A stretch of 64,000 bases of DNA, from the NCBI GenBank assembly GCA_951406725.2, contig OX597819.1, positions 69,564,001 through 69,628,000 on the forward strand, in the 5' to 3' direction. The notes under the pieces were generated by a model. It had not been told where the DNA came from. It did no database searches and worked only from the letters and a program-made list of their open reading frames with translations. This DNA comes from Octopus vulgaris. Taxonomy: Eukaryota. Below are positions 43,788-57,264 of the stretch, one piece after another (the first letter of the stretch is position 1; every line of letters begins with the position of its first letter). The position numbers were made by a program, and so were the translations under genes.

Positions 43788-44140
43788 GTATACACACATA
43801 CACACAAAGATAAATTGATAGATACAACTGAGTGGGCAAACAAAAATATGAGACACTGCATAGTGCTTTTTTATATTTTGATAAGCCTGGTACTTATTCT
43901 ATCAGTTCCTTCTTGTGAAACCAGTAAGTTATGGAGAGGAGATGTAAATAAACGAACACCAGTTGTGAAGCAGTGATAAGTGAGAAACACAAAGACACAC
44001 ACATAGACTTACATATATTCATACATATACTGACAAGGCTATAGCAGAAGACACATGCCAAGTTACCACACAGTGGGACTGAACTGAGGACCATGTGTTT
44101 TTGGAACCAAGTTTGTTACCACACAGCCACACCTGCACCT
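43690..44140 (-). mobile_element. SINE family B pieces, partly duplicated at 40495-40760
   Basis: caaagataaattgatagatacaactgagtgggcaaacaaaa at ~40494 and ~43805; head cacagtgggactgaac...accacacagccac. Confidence 0.75.
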
Positions 44141-44330
44141 ATGTATGTGTGGGGAGTGGATTGGTGTGTTTGTGTGTGTGTATGGGTGTATATATGTATG
44201 CTTGTATATATATATGTATATATATGTGTGTACATATTACATGTACATCTATATATACATCTAGACATACATGTTTATATATACATGTATACATATACAT
44301 CTATATACATGTATACATATACATCTATAT

Positions 44331-44383
<53 letters not shown>

Positions 44384-44399
44384 CATCCATATACATACA

Positions 44400-45090
44400 A
44401 TAGAGAGATAATTTTGTTTCACTTTTAACACGTAATACTGAAATAGTGGAGAAGATATGATATTGCTGTGGGCTCGCCCTAGACAAGAAGTTAAACATTT
44501 TTTTTGCCCAGACACTACAAGGACCCTAAGTAAGGCATCTGTAAAATTTGAATGAAATTGGTGGTATAGTGCTCAAGTTTTAGGGATTCACACAGACAGA
44601 CACACATTCTCAGTTATATATATATATATATATATATACTAGCAGTATTGTCCGGCTCGTGCGCTCGTGCGCTCGTGCGTTCTATGCACGCGTGAATTAA
44701 GCCATACTTGGATGAAGTTCAATCAAAATTCAATTATTTGGGTTTTAAAATCAAGCATTTAATGCCCTCTATTTTTGCACTTATGTGTTCCATTTCCTCA
44801 ATAGGAAGTACGTAGAAGCGTTTCATAAATTTTTGTTGATCAAATAATTGCATTGTTGAATTATTCTTTTAGATCAGTATTTCTCAACGGGGATTTCAGG
44901 GGAGAGTTTCAGGGAGTCGCTGGCGATGTACCGTGATGATCAAAAACCCGGCCTGCTAAAATATGGTTCAAGTGATTCAAACTGCAGACTCAACGTAAAA
45001 TGGTAACATTTAATTCAAAGCGTTAAAAATGTTATGAAAGACACACACACAGATACACACACAGACACACAAGTTTAGTTTTATATATAT
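44400..45090 (-). mobile_element. Two adjacent Helitron-like non-autonomous remnants
   Basis: actagcagtattgtccggc terminus at ~44638; acacac...agttttatata-type ends at ~44615 and ~45085, the reverse of the 62085 start. Confidence 0.5.
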
Positions 45091-45861
45091 ATATATATTC
45101 TGTTACGTTATTACTGCGTTCAAGAAGATGACTGCTCCAACCAGTGTGAGTAATAAATACCATTTAATGGACACCGTGATGTATATATGAGCTACTATTA
45201 GTTACATCCTCAGACAGTCGACTGAACCTATTCATCATAGCGTGAACCATCTTACAACCTTTCAGGCTCAAGGTAATTATGATTTAAAATCATAATATGG
45301 CGTCTTAAAGGTTGCAGTACTGCATACGTCACGCTATATACAACCTCGCCAAGTTATTGTATCATCATAGCATGAAACCTATACATATAAGCGTACACAC
45401 GCGCACATACACACTCGCATGCATATATATATATAGGCAAATATAAACGTGTGCACATTCTTACCGTCTTAAATGAGGAAAGTACACATTAGCCGATGAT
45501 GTCGTAGAGACATCTAAAAGACGATGTGGGCGATGACGATCTTTGATCATATGTCGGTCTATGAGGGTTGACAGCAATAACAAGAACCACAGCGATAACG
45601 ACAACGACCAAGACATAATTGATTTATCGCAGAGAAATATTTATTTGTCTTATACAATAACGGAGTAAGCAGTCGTAATAGAAACACCATTCCCTCTTTC
45701 TTTCAGAGACATTTCTTATTCGCAGTATATTCTTATGCCAACTCAATATTTCTTACAAAGAGGCTGAGGCAAAGTCATACACCTTATACCCGAAATCTCA
45801 GCAAATGTATACTTGTTTCGTTTTGCTTTGGTTCTTTTCCCCCATTAATGTAGGCAGAAGC

Positions 45862-46020
45862 AAAGCTGTTGCTTAGAAGTTTGCTTTCCACACAACCACA
45901 TTTTTTTCAGCCTTAGTCCCAAAGTGTGGCACCTAAGGTAAGTGGCCTTTAGCATAACACTGAGCAGAACATAGCCTCATGAATTCATTTGGTTAATGAA
46001 AACTATGTAGAAGCCCGTCA
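45862..46020 (+). mobile_element. Diverged SINE family B head
   Basis: agaagtttgctttcc..aaccaca...agtccc..gtggcacc...agaagcccgtc. Confidence 0.6.
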
Positions 46021-46067
46021 CATATATATATGCATATATATGTGTGTGTATATATATGTATATATAA

Positions 46068-46123
<56 letters not shown>

Positions 46124-46168
46124 GTATGTATCTGTAAATATAATATATGACAACTGCTCGGTAGCCAT

Positions 46169-46229
46169 GATAAAACTCCGAGTTTCGGTTGTCGGGGTGG
46201 AAATCCACGCCGCCATCTCTTCAGTTATC
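46169..46229 (-). ncRNA. Type I hammerhead, consensus core, imperfect extended stem II
   Basis: minus: gataa CTGAAGA gatggcgg-c-gtgga-tt-tccac-c-ccgacaacc GAAA ctcggag TT ttatc. Confidence 0.7.
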
Positions 46230-46501
46230 CGGCCATCGGTAAAAACGCTATGAAAATGACCGTTAAACAAAGGGAAATTACTGTGTGATTCACCGTTATT
46301 AAGACAAAGGAGCTTTTAGAATGACTGCGAAGTGAGGGGAGGGAGTAAAAGTAAGGTGGTAAAAATATTCATATATTCGCGTAAGCACGCATGTCCATAC
46401 CTACACATGCGCGCCCGAAACACCCGTGTACATGCGCCTATAAGTATACACTCATCCACCCTTGCTTGAAACATACACATTCACACCTACACCATTCGCC
46501 A

Positions 46502-46544
<43 letters not shown>

Positions 46545-46722
46545 CCTACACACACACGCGCACCAAAAAGGTTCCTACACACGTCTATATACGTACAAGC
46601 ACATGAAAGAACAGGGCTAACGGCAACAATACAGATAAAAAGTGTAAAGTATAAAAAAAATAAGCAATACGAGTAAAACACAAAGAAGTGTATTACTTTA
46701 ACGCTCGGGAAGGTAAGAAAGT

Positions 46723-46758
46723 TTTTTACGTTTCGAGCCTACGTTCTTCAACAGAAAG
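46723..46758 (-). ncRNA. Minimal hammerhead-like motif, A6U core plus an extra A
   Basis: minus: cttt CTGTTGAA gaac-gtag-gctc GAAA cg TA aaaa; same family as 52706-52741. Confidence 0.55.
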
Positions 46759-46837
46759 GAACACGAGAAAATAAAGAGTGAGAATAAAAAGAGAATATAC
46801 ATATTAATATAGAAAAACACGCACACATAAATATATA

Positions 46838-47596
46838 TAATTAAGGGTATAGAAAAATGCTTGCCTATTTGCCGATAGGAGAGGCTAAATCGTTGAATCA
46901 CATTAACTACCATCACTATTAATGTTACATGCGTGCCGGAAATCGAGGGAGCAAGCTAACGGAAATTGATGAAATTAAGTTATCTGCGAATTTCTGGATT
47001 AACACAAAGGGTTTTACCTTTGTCACCAGAGAATACTGAAGAAATACTTATACACACGCACAGATAAGCAGACGCCATGTCATAAATGCATATAAGTACC
47101 CCTGATATATCCACCGCGAATTCCAAAGCAGGCCCCGACACATGTGTAGCCGGTCAAGAATAGCACATAAGTGGCTAGACTGTGCCGAAGTTAATGGGAA
47201 TCAGCTTAATTACAATATTAGTGGCCAGCATATATAAAGATAGAACTAATAAGGTGAAATCATAAACACAATTGCAATTAAAGGCAAAAAAAAAATTTCT
47301 TGACTATATACTGAAGGGAGGCGCTATGGGTATGTATAAGTATTTCATTTATTTCGGAAGTATTCACTGCTGACGAAGGTAAAACCTTTACGATAATCCT
47401 GAAATTGATCGATCCAGAAATAGCTCACGTTTATGAATCTACGTTAGCTTGCCCCCTCGGATATTTAATATTGTTCGACGATTTAGCGTATCCTTTCAGC
47501 ATATAGGCAAGTGTATCTGCTATGCCCTTCATTATAATTTTATTTATGACTTCACCTTAATAGTTCTATTTTTTTATATGCTGGCCACTGATAAAA
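46838..47596. mobile_element. Older retrozyme-like element, ~438-bp unit: - arm (47285 to 46838) head-to-head with + arm (~47290-47596)
   Basis: aattaagggtatag (~46839) / aattaaaggca (~47277); diverged inverted matches (gcaagctaacg/cgttagcttgc, gtggccagcata/tatgctggccac). Confidence 0.7.
47367..47417 (+). ncRNA. Type I hammerhead, consensus core
   Basis: ctg CTGACGA agg-[18 nt]-cct GAAA ttgatcga TC cag; near-palindromic ATTGATCGAT, AUC site; stems I and II are short. Confidence 0.72.
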
Positions 47597-47615
47597 ATTC
47601 TTAACAATTTTATTG

Positions 47616-47671
<56 letters not shown>

Positions 47672-47849
47672 CAAGATTCTTTATGTGAGCTTGTGTGTTG
47701 AAACATATTCTGCTGTGTCTGGGGAGAGTCATTCTCTTTTTGTGCCTTATAATTTAACACACTCACCGGTAAAACTTTCACATATTTCCTTCTTAAGTTT
47801 CCTAAAGTTGTCGTTGCGTCTTGCAACCTTTTCAATAATTTTGACACTT

Positions 47850-48992
47850 CGAATTCCAGTTTCGAACAAGTGATGGACTATTCAATCATTAGCTTTTCAA
47901 AGCCAGAACACTGCTACACACCAAGTATCATTCGTGATTTACTTTTTGCAGATGATGCTACACTAGTGGCGATCTCTTTAGAGGAAGCTCAGGAATTTTA
48001 GACTAGTTTTCTGTGTATGCAAACCCTTTGGTTTGACCATCAGCATAAAGAAGACAAAAGTAATCCACCTACGCTGCCCTACTCCTAAACAAATTTGAGG
48101 TGTCAAGCAGAGGCCACTGCTTCACAGTTTTCCTGACACTCCTATACAGGTTGAAGGGGAAAGCCTAAACTATGCTAAGTTATTAACATATCTTGATAGT
48201 AAAGTGAATTTGAGCGCTTCCCTTGATGATAAAATCGCCAACCGCCTTGCAAAGGCAACCAACACATTTGGCAAACTCAGTCATCACCTATGGCATGAAT
48301 GAAGCATCAAACATGACACTAAAGTACATGTCTATAAAGCAATCGTTCTTCCTACTCTCTTGTATGGCTCAGAATCGTGGATACACTAGAGACGCCACAT
48401 TAACCAACTAGATACCTTCCACAAAGACACTCTGAGGACAATCTGCGGTTATCCACTAAAAGACAAATATTCTAATGACGACTTGTTTAGCAAGTGTAAA
48501 ATTGGTGGAATCGAGAGATTTCTTATGCAATCACAATTGCGCTGGGCTGGCCATGTTGACAGAATGAGTGACGAAAGAATACCCAAAATCCTCGTGTACA
48601 GCCCGCTTTAGAATGGGCACAGCAATGTTGGTCGACCATGGCTCAGATATAAAGACAAGCTAAGAGTAACCATTTAGTGATGAAGATAGCTTACAACACG
48701 TTGTGGTGAACAGCCTTGGTACGAACAAAATGGAGATCGTTGTGTCAAAATGGTATTAAAACATTTCTTGCAACCAGCATTAACAGGGTTCAGGATGCAA
48801 GGCAAAGGTGAAGAGCGACGGAAAATAGACCACCTGCACTGATCTGTAATCCTCAAACTCACAACATTTGTGGCCTCCTTTGCAAATCGTTGGTGGGACT
48901 TAAATATCACATTTGACATAAGCATTATGACTGATAAAGAAAAAGTACGTTGTCGGAGCCTGATATGTAAAAACCAACAGGAGAGTCCATCA
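47850..48992 (+). mobile_element. RTE-clade LINE 3' fragment, decayed
   Basis: QFRTSDGLFN; IRDLLFADDATLVA; FGLTISIKKTKV; QLRWAGHVDRMSDERIPKILVY; GRPWLRYKD. Confidence 0.9.
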
Positions 48993-49018
48993 TATATGTG
49001 TGTGTGTGTGTGTGTGTG

Positions 49019-49075
<57 letters not shown>

Positions 49076-49124
49076 GTATGTATGCATGTATGTATGTATG
49101 TATGTATGTATACTTGATACTTGA

Positions 49125-49510
49125 CATCGGTTCTGATTTATTTACGTCCAGGTATCATTGAAGTTCAGCAAATGAATACGCACCAGAATTAAATGAAAGA
49201 AAAAGTATTAAGGTCAATTTGTTCGACTGAAGCCCCTAAAGGCGATAACCCGGAATGGTCGCAGTCCAATGAGTGAAACAATTTAAAGATACAAGGCGGT
49301 GAGCTGGTAGAAATGTTAGCACGCCGGGCGAAATGCTTAGCGGTACTTCGTATATCTTAACGTTCTGAGTTCAAATTCCGCCGAGGTCGAATTTTCCAGT
49401 CATCCTTTCGGAGTCGATTAAATAAGTGACAGTGAAGCACTGGGTTCGATGTAATCGACATAACTCCTTTGTTTGTCCCCTCTATGTTTACCCCCTGTTC
49501 GCAATATAGA
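49125..49510 (+). mobile_element. SINE family B tail (49125-49290) followed by SINE family A (49294-49510)
   Basis: Family matches; atttaaagatacaa on both sides of the A copy (~49281 and ~49516) looks like a TSD. Confidence 0.8.
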
Positions 49511-49892
49511 AATATATTTAAAGATACAAACTACAATCCACCAATGTTTATTATAAAACATGTCAGACACTAAACGATTAAAGACCTTCTGTACTAAACG
49601 ACTGCACGATCATATCTAAATACCAACATTTAAAATAATACCATATAATTTACTTGTGCATGTGTAAAGGAGGACATTTTTATATAAAACACTTTAGTTC
49701 GCTGTGGCAGGAGATTCTGTTCTATGTTTATATTTTTGACTAAGGTATTTCTTTGGTTGCTGAAAGATTTTATCCTCGTTGCTTTCGTTTTAGTGTAGGC
49801 GACCTATTTGAAGCATCTTTTACTAATTATATCTTGAAAAGACGGGGCTAACAGAAAACTGGCCACCATTTTCGCTAATTAGTGGTTATCAT

Positions 49893-50483
49893 TTGTTGTT
49901 GTTTTTTTTTAGTTAAAAGAGAATGCTAAAATATTTTTTTGACCCCTTAAATCTTCAAAGCTCTTTCAAACAGGAATTGATATTTGAAGAAGAAAAATAT
50001 GATGAAAGCAAGTATTTAATATTAAATAAAAAAAAAGTAGGGATTGTTTAGTTTTAAATTGTTTTCTACTCGTGTCTGCTATGAACGCAGTCTGTTCTAA
50101 TGACGGCTAGTAGATGTGGTTGGAACTACACACACACCTACATACATACACACACACACATACACAAATATAAGTGTGTGTATGTGTGTGTGTGTGTCTG
50201 TATGTATGTATGTGTGTGTGTAGTTCCAACCACATCTACTAGCCGTCATTAGAACAGACTGCGTTCATAGCAGACACGAGTAGAAAACAATTTAAAACTA
50301 AACAATCCCTATCTTTTTTTTTTTTTTTTTTCATTTAATATCAAATACTTGGTTTCATCATATTTTTTTTCTTCAAATATCAATTCCTGTTTGAAAGAGC
50401 TTTGAAGATTTAAGAAGTCAAAAAAATATTTTAGCATTCTCTTTTAAGTAAAAAAAAACAACAACAACAACATACACAAATAT

Positions 50484-50490
<7 letters not shown>
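49893..50490. repeat. ~270-bp-arm inverted duplication with duplicated spacer
   Basis: 49893-50167 is the reverse complement of 50174-50470; catacacaaatataagtgtgtg at the centre (~50160) and again at 50471. Confidence 0.92.
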
Positions 50491-50536
<46 letters not shown>

Positions 50537-50729
50537 CATGTGCTTATGTGTATGCGGTTCCAGACACATCTACTTATGTTGATTGGAAAGAGAAAGAAAG
50601 GCAAACATGAAGAGCGAGGTGCGTTTTCCAAGCCAACAACATTAATACACGTGGGGTGCGGAAATGTACCTGACATTGGATAAAAGAAAATACAGTAGGA
50701 TCACTTACTTAAGATCCCCCCCTCCTCCA

Positions 50730-50872
50730 CCAACATATTCCCCTCGCAGATTCACACTGTTATTGCAGCGTTCTTTCAGAGTTTTTAAGTGCTGCAATTG
50801 AACTCGGAAGGCTTGGCCTCCAACCAGGCCTTTCGCCATACTTTTAAAGACAGAAACTTTGCAGCACCCGAT
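50730..50872 (-). mobile_element. Mariner-derived short remnant
   Basis: LKERCNNSVNLRGEYV resembles the mariner C-terminal L..RW.KCV...GEYVE. Confidence 0.5.
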
Positions 50873-50890
50873 CATATATGTATATACATT

Positions 50891-50927
<37 letters not shown>

Positions 50928-51025
50928 GAGATGCATAGTTATATACAAGATATACACCTGCAAAAATACACATTGAAAAAGACGCATCTACTCGCATACG
51001 CACACACAACCATACACACACACAG

Positions 51026-51105
<80 letters not shown>

Positions 51106-51307
51106 ATATATTCTTAATTCCATTATACACTGCCAAATACAACGGTTGATTTTTATAACTTTTTATGTTTAAAGATCTACATTCCATTAAATGGTTAATT
51201 TGTTTTCTAGTGAAGTATAATTATATATATATGTGTGTGTGTGTGTGTCTGTATACATGTATATATGTATAGATATAGAAATATAAGTGTATATATGCAT
51301 ATGTATG

Positions 51308-51410
<103 letters not shown>

Positions 51411-51773
51411 TTACATATACATATACATACATTCCTTAAGTAGGCGTTTGTGTTTATTGTGTTGGCCTAGATGTATCCTGGCTAATTATTTCTAATGATT
51501 ACATCGATGTTACAATATCATCCTCAACGACATTCAAGAAGCCAGCTGTTCGATGTCGGAAATTTTATGATAAGCATGGGAATTTTTTTTTTTTGTTTCC
51601 AGTGTTATTTATTTTATTTCTTTTATATGTATATTTGTTATTATTCCAACAATGAGATATTCTATTCTGCATTGTGTTGTTTTGTTTTACATTCCACTCA
51701 ACTAACTAAGTATTTATTTTAATTTCATTTCTCTTTGATTGTTTACATCGGAGTATAGTTCATATGAAAATAA

Positions 51774-51869
<96 letters not shown>

Positions 51870-52705
51870 CAAACTATACCTATAAAGAACAGAAGAAATA
51901 GCAAGCTCTCTGAGTGGTTTTTCGCTATTATAGATCTTTGATGTCAAACCATTTAAATCAAATATCATTCGGAGACCGACCTTTTCAAAATAGATTTGGC
52001 TACGAAAAATAAAAGATAAACGCTTAGAAAAAAATAAAAAAAGAATGTACCGTGAATCGAAATGCACGGATTAATATCTGCTTTGATTCTGTGATGAAAT
52101 ATTTGTTTATTATTTTTAATTTTTAATTTTATATTTCTAGCACTAACAAGGTAACATGAGGCGTTATCTACAACTTGTGTTGTGGTTTCAAACGCACAGC
52201 AGATTTTACGGAAAAAGAATTCAATTAAACATTTGAAATAAGAGAAACAAACACTTTAACGAGAAAAAAACACGATTTAACCAAAACATATCTCTATAGA
52301 TATACAATGTTTCTCTATACTGAATGCATAGTTATATAGATTACATACACACACACATATATGTATACACACCTATACATATGTGTGTGTGAGAGAGTGT
52401 GTGTTTGTGAGCAGTTGTGTGTGTGAGCAGGTGTGTGTGTGAGCATGTTTGCGTGTTTGGGTGTATATATATATATATACACACATATATAAATTACAGA
52501 AGGACCACCATATTATATATTGTGAAATTTGACTTAGTATTACTAAATTGAATTTTTCTCTGAAAGTTTGGAATCATATTCCCTAATATGATTATAATAT
52601 AAATATACATATATGGGGAGAATTCACGAAAGAGACAAAAGACGAAGACAAGTGCAGTAGACAACAAACAGATGTATTAGTTTAAGGCTTGGGAATTGAA
52701 AAAGT

Positions 52706-52741
52706 CTTTAACGTTTCGTTCCTACGCTCTTCCACAGAAAG
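52706..52741 (-). ncRNA. Minimal hammerhead-like motif, A6U core plus an extra A, within a repeat at ~52612-52790
   Basis: minus: cttt CTGTGGAA gagc-gtag-gaac GAAA cg TT aaag. Confidence 0.55.
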
Positions 52742-52794
52742 AAACAAGGAGAGAAAAAATGTGTGTAGTGGCTAGCGATCTATCATGGCGAATC

Positions 52795-52829
<35 letters not shown>

Positions 52830-52957
52830 TGTATGTATGTATGTATGTATGTATGTATGTATGTATGTATGTATGTATGTACGTATGTATGTATGTATGT
52901 ATGTATGTATGTATGTATACGCTTTATTATATATATACATACGCTATTATATATATA

Positions 52958-53196
52958 TACGCTTTATTAAAAATCATCAAAAACATCACAAAAACTGTCA
53001 CTCATAGTTTCACGTTCCTGTTCGTCGGACAGTCTTGTTTAGAATTCTAAATAAAACTGTCCGACGAACGGGAACATGAAATTCTGAGTAACAGTTTTTG
53101 TGATATGTTTGCTGCTTTCTAATAAAGAATATTACTATACCTTTAGTTTTTGCGAACTATTGTTACCTCCTGGTTTCACATTTATGTGCTTACTCT

Positions 53197-53198
<2 letters not shown>
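52958..53198. mobile_element. Head-to-head palindromic element centred on GAATTC (53042-53047), in (TA)n, with a hammerhead and AATAAA on each arm
   Basis: Inverted arms; hammerheads at 52991-53036 (-) and 53053-53098 (+). Confidence 0.85.
53053..53098 (+). ncRNA. Type I hammerhead, U4C core variant
   Basis: aaaactgt CCGACGA acg-ggaa-cat GAAA ttctgag TA acagtttt; two-arm consensus gives stem II ACG-GGAA-CGT and stem III ACTC-T-GAGT. Confidence 0.75.
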
Positions 53199-53258
<60 letters not shown>

Positions 53259-53306
53259 TGTGCGTGTGTGTGTGTGTCTGTGACTGTGCGTGTGTGTGTA
53301 TGTATG

Positions 53307-53343
<37 letters not shown>

Positions 53344-53414
53344 CAAAAACCGTATCTAGAAAGATAATGATAAAAATCGCCAGCAAACATAATTCAAAGA
53401 AGCAAAATATATTT

Positions 53415-53627
53415 TTTTCTACTCTAGGCACAAGGCTCGAAATATTGAGGGAAGGGTGCCAGACGATTATATCGACCTCAGTACGCAACTGGTACTTAAT
53501 TTATCGAACCCGAAAGGCTGAAAGGCAAAATCGACCTCGGTGGAATCGGAACTCAAAACGTGCAGACAGACGACATAGCGCTAAGCATTTCGCCTGTCGT
53601 GCTAGCGTTTCTGCCAGCTCGCCGCCT
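53415..53627 (-). mobile_element. SINE family A
   Basis: actctaggcacaagg...ctggtacttaatttatcg...ctgccagctcgccgcc. Confidence 0.88.
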
Positions 53628-53955
53628 TCATGGGCAAAATATATAGTAAAAATCAGGTTACATTATTTACCCGTTTGCATGAAACCCTGCAAAACCACGC
53701 ATCTCTTACTATTTGATGACCTTTGAGCGTTGGTTCGACACAGAAAGCGAAATCAAATTGATAATAAGACGTCTGTGATCTTAATCGTATTTTACTAAAT
53801 GTATATTACAAGTGAGAAGACTGTTTCGGAGAAATACATTTACTATATTCCCTGTGCGTGTTTATATATAGCGAGAGACGCGTGGTTTTGGAGTGTCTTA
53901 ACTCCTCTTTCTAGCAAACAGGTATATATTGTACGCTGACTTTTTATTCTATATA

Positions 53956-54316
53956 GAGGGTGAATCAAAAGTCGCCATACATAGGAACAAGTTCTCTTTT
54001 ATAAGAAACAGTTTATAAGAAGTTTCTTTTTTATTTAACAGGCTCTATATGGTTACCATTGTTTTGAATACACATTGCAATACGTTTACCCCACTCATTG
54101 TGAACTTGTAATAGCACATCTGGTGATACGTGTGCAAATGAGTTGGTGATGCGTTCCTTCAAATGATTTGTGTCTTTTATCTTTCTGCCATACACCATGC
54201 CTTTCAAATGCCCCCAAACATAGAAATCAAGAGGGGCCAGATTAGGGGATCTAGGAACTGTTTCTTATAAAAGAAAGTAAATTTTTCCTATGTATGGAGT
54301 ATTTTGAATCACTCTG
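53956..54316 (-). mobile_element. Mariner/Tc1 internal-deletion derivative with ~60-bp TIRs
   Basis: gagggtgaatcaaaa..ccatacatagga..cttttataagaaacagtt / aactgtttcttataaaag..tcctatgtatgg..ttttgaatcactctg; internal PRSPNLAPLDFYVWGHLKGMVY...EWGKRIAMCIQNNGNHIE. Confidence 0.88.
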
Positions 54317-54748
54317 TCTATATGCATATATGTATACGTTTGTGTGTGTGTGTTTGTGGTTATGTGCATGTGTAGTGTGTGTATGATATATGTATATATT
54401 TGAAATTATACGCAAACGTTGTTGGAGCTTCAAATTTATTAATTAATCTTTCACTGGGAGTGTAATATGTAATATTGTACAATTTATTTCTGCCCAAATT
54501 GTTTGCTATAAAATGATATAAGGAAATGTTGCCATAATGGAAATAAAATGAGCAGTCTTACATACATGCATACATACATACATACATACATACATACATA
54601 CATACATACATACATACATACATACATACATACATACACACACTCATACATATATACATACATGCACACACACATACATACATGGACACATACATACATA
54701 CATACATACATACATACATACATACATACATACATACATACATACATG

Positions 54749-55942
54749 CAGAGTGTTTCAAACACTATATAGATACATTAAATATTGTAAAATCAGCTTT
54801 TATAAGAATACATTTTATTTTCAAAAAATTAAGAGAATCTACAGAAAAGAAAATGAATTTTATGTAAACTTCTTAACAAAGTCCTGATCGTTCTGCTCCA
54901 GGCACTTGTGATAATGTTAACTACTGAAATTACAAAACACATCTCGTTCGGTGCATTTTTCTTCAATGGCTGTCCTCAATTCATCGATTGTTACCAGTTT
55001 TTTATCGTAAATTTATCTTTTAAGCATAGTCTGGTGTCGTGAAGTCCGGTGAATGCACAAGGTTTTCGACTGAACCTGTTCGTCCAGTCAAATTTTCTGG
55101 CAGAATCTCATGAAAGCAGACCCTTGCCTTACAATGGTAGTGTGAAGGTTGCCATCCTGTTCGAAACAAAACTCCATATCTTCAAAGTGTTCTTGAATGC
55201 CTGGCATAAAATATTATCATAGCAAGTTCAAGTAAATAAGACTAGTTATTGAACTGTCGAAAAAAGGTGTGATCCCGTTAATCCCTTCGATAATATGTTG
55301 CACCGTACTGTACCCACTGCTCATTGACATGGTGTGACTTGGTAGGGTGCGGATTCTCAATGCGTCATGCGGTGCAATTATGGTGGTTAATTGAGCCATC
55401 TAATTTAAATGTAGCTTCATTTCTCCAAACAATCATTGATAGAACGTGTTCTCTTTTATATACACTGCCAAGTACCACTTGTAAAATTACACATATATGT
55501 CTCAATCATATTTATTGAGATCCACAGCAATTCTTAAAATGTAACTTTTCCAACGATAGTATCTGAAAACGCGATGAAATTCCAGTCTGACGACTCTCTT
55601 GATGGATAGATTTTTCTTGGATAACGGCAATACTTTTCCAGTATTCTTTCTTGATTTGTGTGTCCCGTCGATATCAGCGATCTCCTGAAACCTTTCTTCT
55701 GGACATTATAAACAGGTGAATCTGTTTCAAACTTGTTTCTAATTCGACGAATGGTACATTGCGTTTGTTTATCTCCCTTCGGTCGTGTTTTCAAACTTCT
55801 AACGGCACCTTAGAAAACAATTCCTTCGTTCAAAAGTTAGTCTGGCTCCCTTTATTATTACTAATGGATTAAATCACAAGAAATAGAAACTAAGTTATCG
55901 GTTATTAAAATGTGTATATATGTTTTGTGGGGTCGCACTGTA
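54749..55942 (-). mobile_element. Decayed near-full-length mariner/Tc1 element
   Basis: TIRRIRNKFETDSPVYNV (HTH), FEQDG, HSPDFTTPD, TIDELRTAIEE; imperfect TIR-like ends. Confidence 0.72.
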
Positions 55943-56571
55943 CGTAGTAAATAGCATACACGAATATAAATATTTGAAACACATAATGCATACGTTTAGA
56001 TAGCATTTAAATGCAGTAAACACATACGCACGAAGATAAATAGAAAACTGATTACTTCAATGCCATCAGTAAAGAAAATGATAATGAGCAGGAATTACAT
56101 ATAACCAAAAACAAAGAATTTAATACAAAATCTTGGAGCACGAAAAACATGGCCGATTGATACATGTCACCAAAGAAATATATAAATATTATTAAGCACA
56201 TGAAACTTGCAAACTACATACTGTTATGTATTTAACTAGACATACGTCAATGTATTTGTCAAGACGAATTATTATACATTTGCCATAGGGATTTGTATGA
56301 GAAAATTTGTAAAAGAAAAATGCAGTATATAGAAAAATAATACACTAACATTACTGAAATTACAACAGTCCCAAAATTACGACAAAAATAAATCGAGAGA
56401 TTTTAAAATAAATTGGGATCCTTCAAAACGTAAAATTGTTTGGAGATTAAAATGGATGACTCTAATATATATTTGCCACGAGAAAAGAAAACGCAAGCAG
56501 GAATTTTTTGGTTTTGTGTTTCTGTGACGCACTTCTGTAGTCACGTAAGAGAATTTTACAGAAAATGAAAT

Positions 56572-56610
<39 letters not shown>

Positions 56611-56839
56611 ATATACATATATACACACATATATACACACACACAGATATATATATATATATATATATATATGCATATGTATATGTATATATATACATAT
56701 ATACTTTCATGCATATGTACGTAAATATATACATACGTACATACACACATACATACACATATAGAAGCACGGGGACAAACACCCACACATATGTGCGTTC
56801 TTCTCTAAGACAGACAGCCAGCGAGACAGACAGACACAT

Positions 56840-56890
<51 letters not shown>

Positions 56891-57264
56891 ATGACAGATA
56901 CAGAATCAGAGAGGCAGAGAGATGGATGAAGGGATGGATGGAGGTTAGAGCGGTATCCTTTCTGAGATAACATCTAATTGGGACGTGCAGGTTTAAAAAC
57001 ATAATATATATAAGATGGAGGCGAAGATTCGTTCCAGCAGTAGCAAGTGAACGTATTAACTGGTATATCAATAGTGCGTACATGTGATGTAGGATACTAT
57101 GGAATATAGAATGGCAGTATGATATATAGAGTATGTTTTATTGTTTAGATTTGAAAGAATGTAAGGTCGAGTTTTACTTCGCTTTGTTCATGAATATATT
57201 TCTTCGAAGAAACATTTTAAAATTGTCTTCTAACTCATCCTCTCAATAATTTTGGATTGATACG

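Noticed and set aside
45200-45340. Long imperfect hairpin with cagtcgactg and tgcagtactgca palindromes
   Set aside because: No complete ribozyme core and no second copy in the window
51495-51535. Minus-strand TTGAGGA...GTAA catcgatg TA
   Set aside because: Palindrome present but stems I and II do not form
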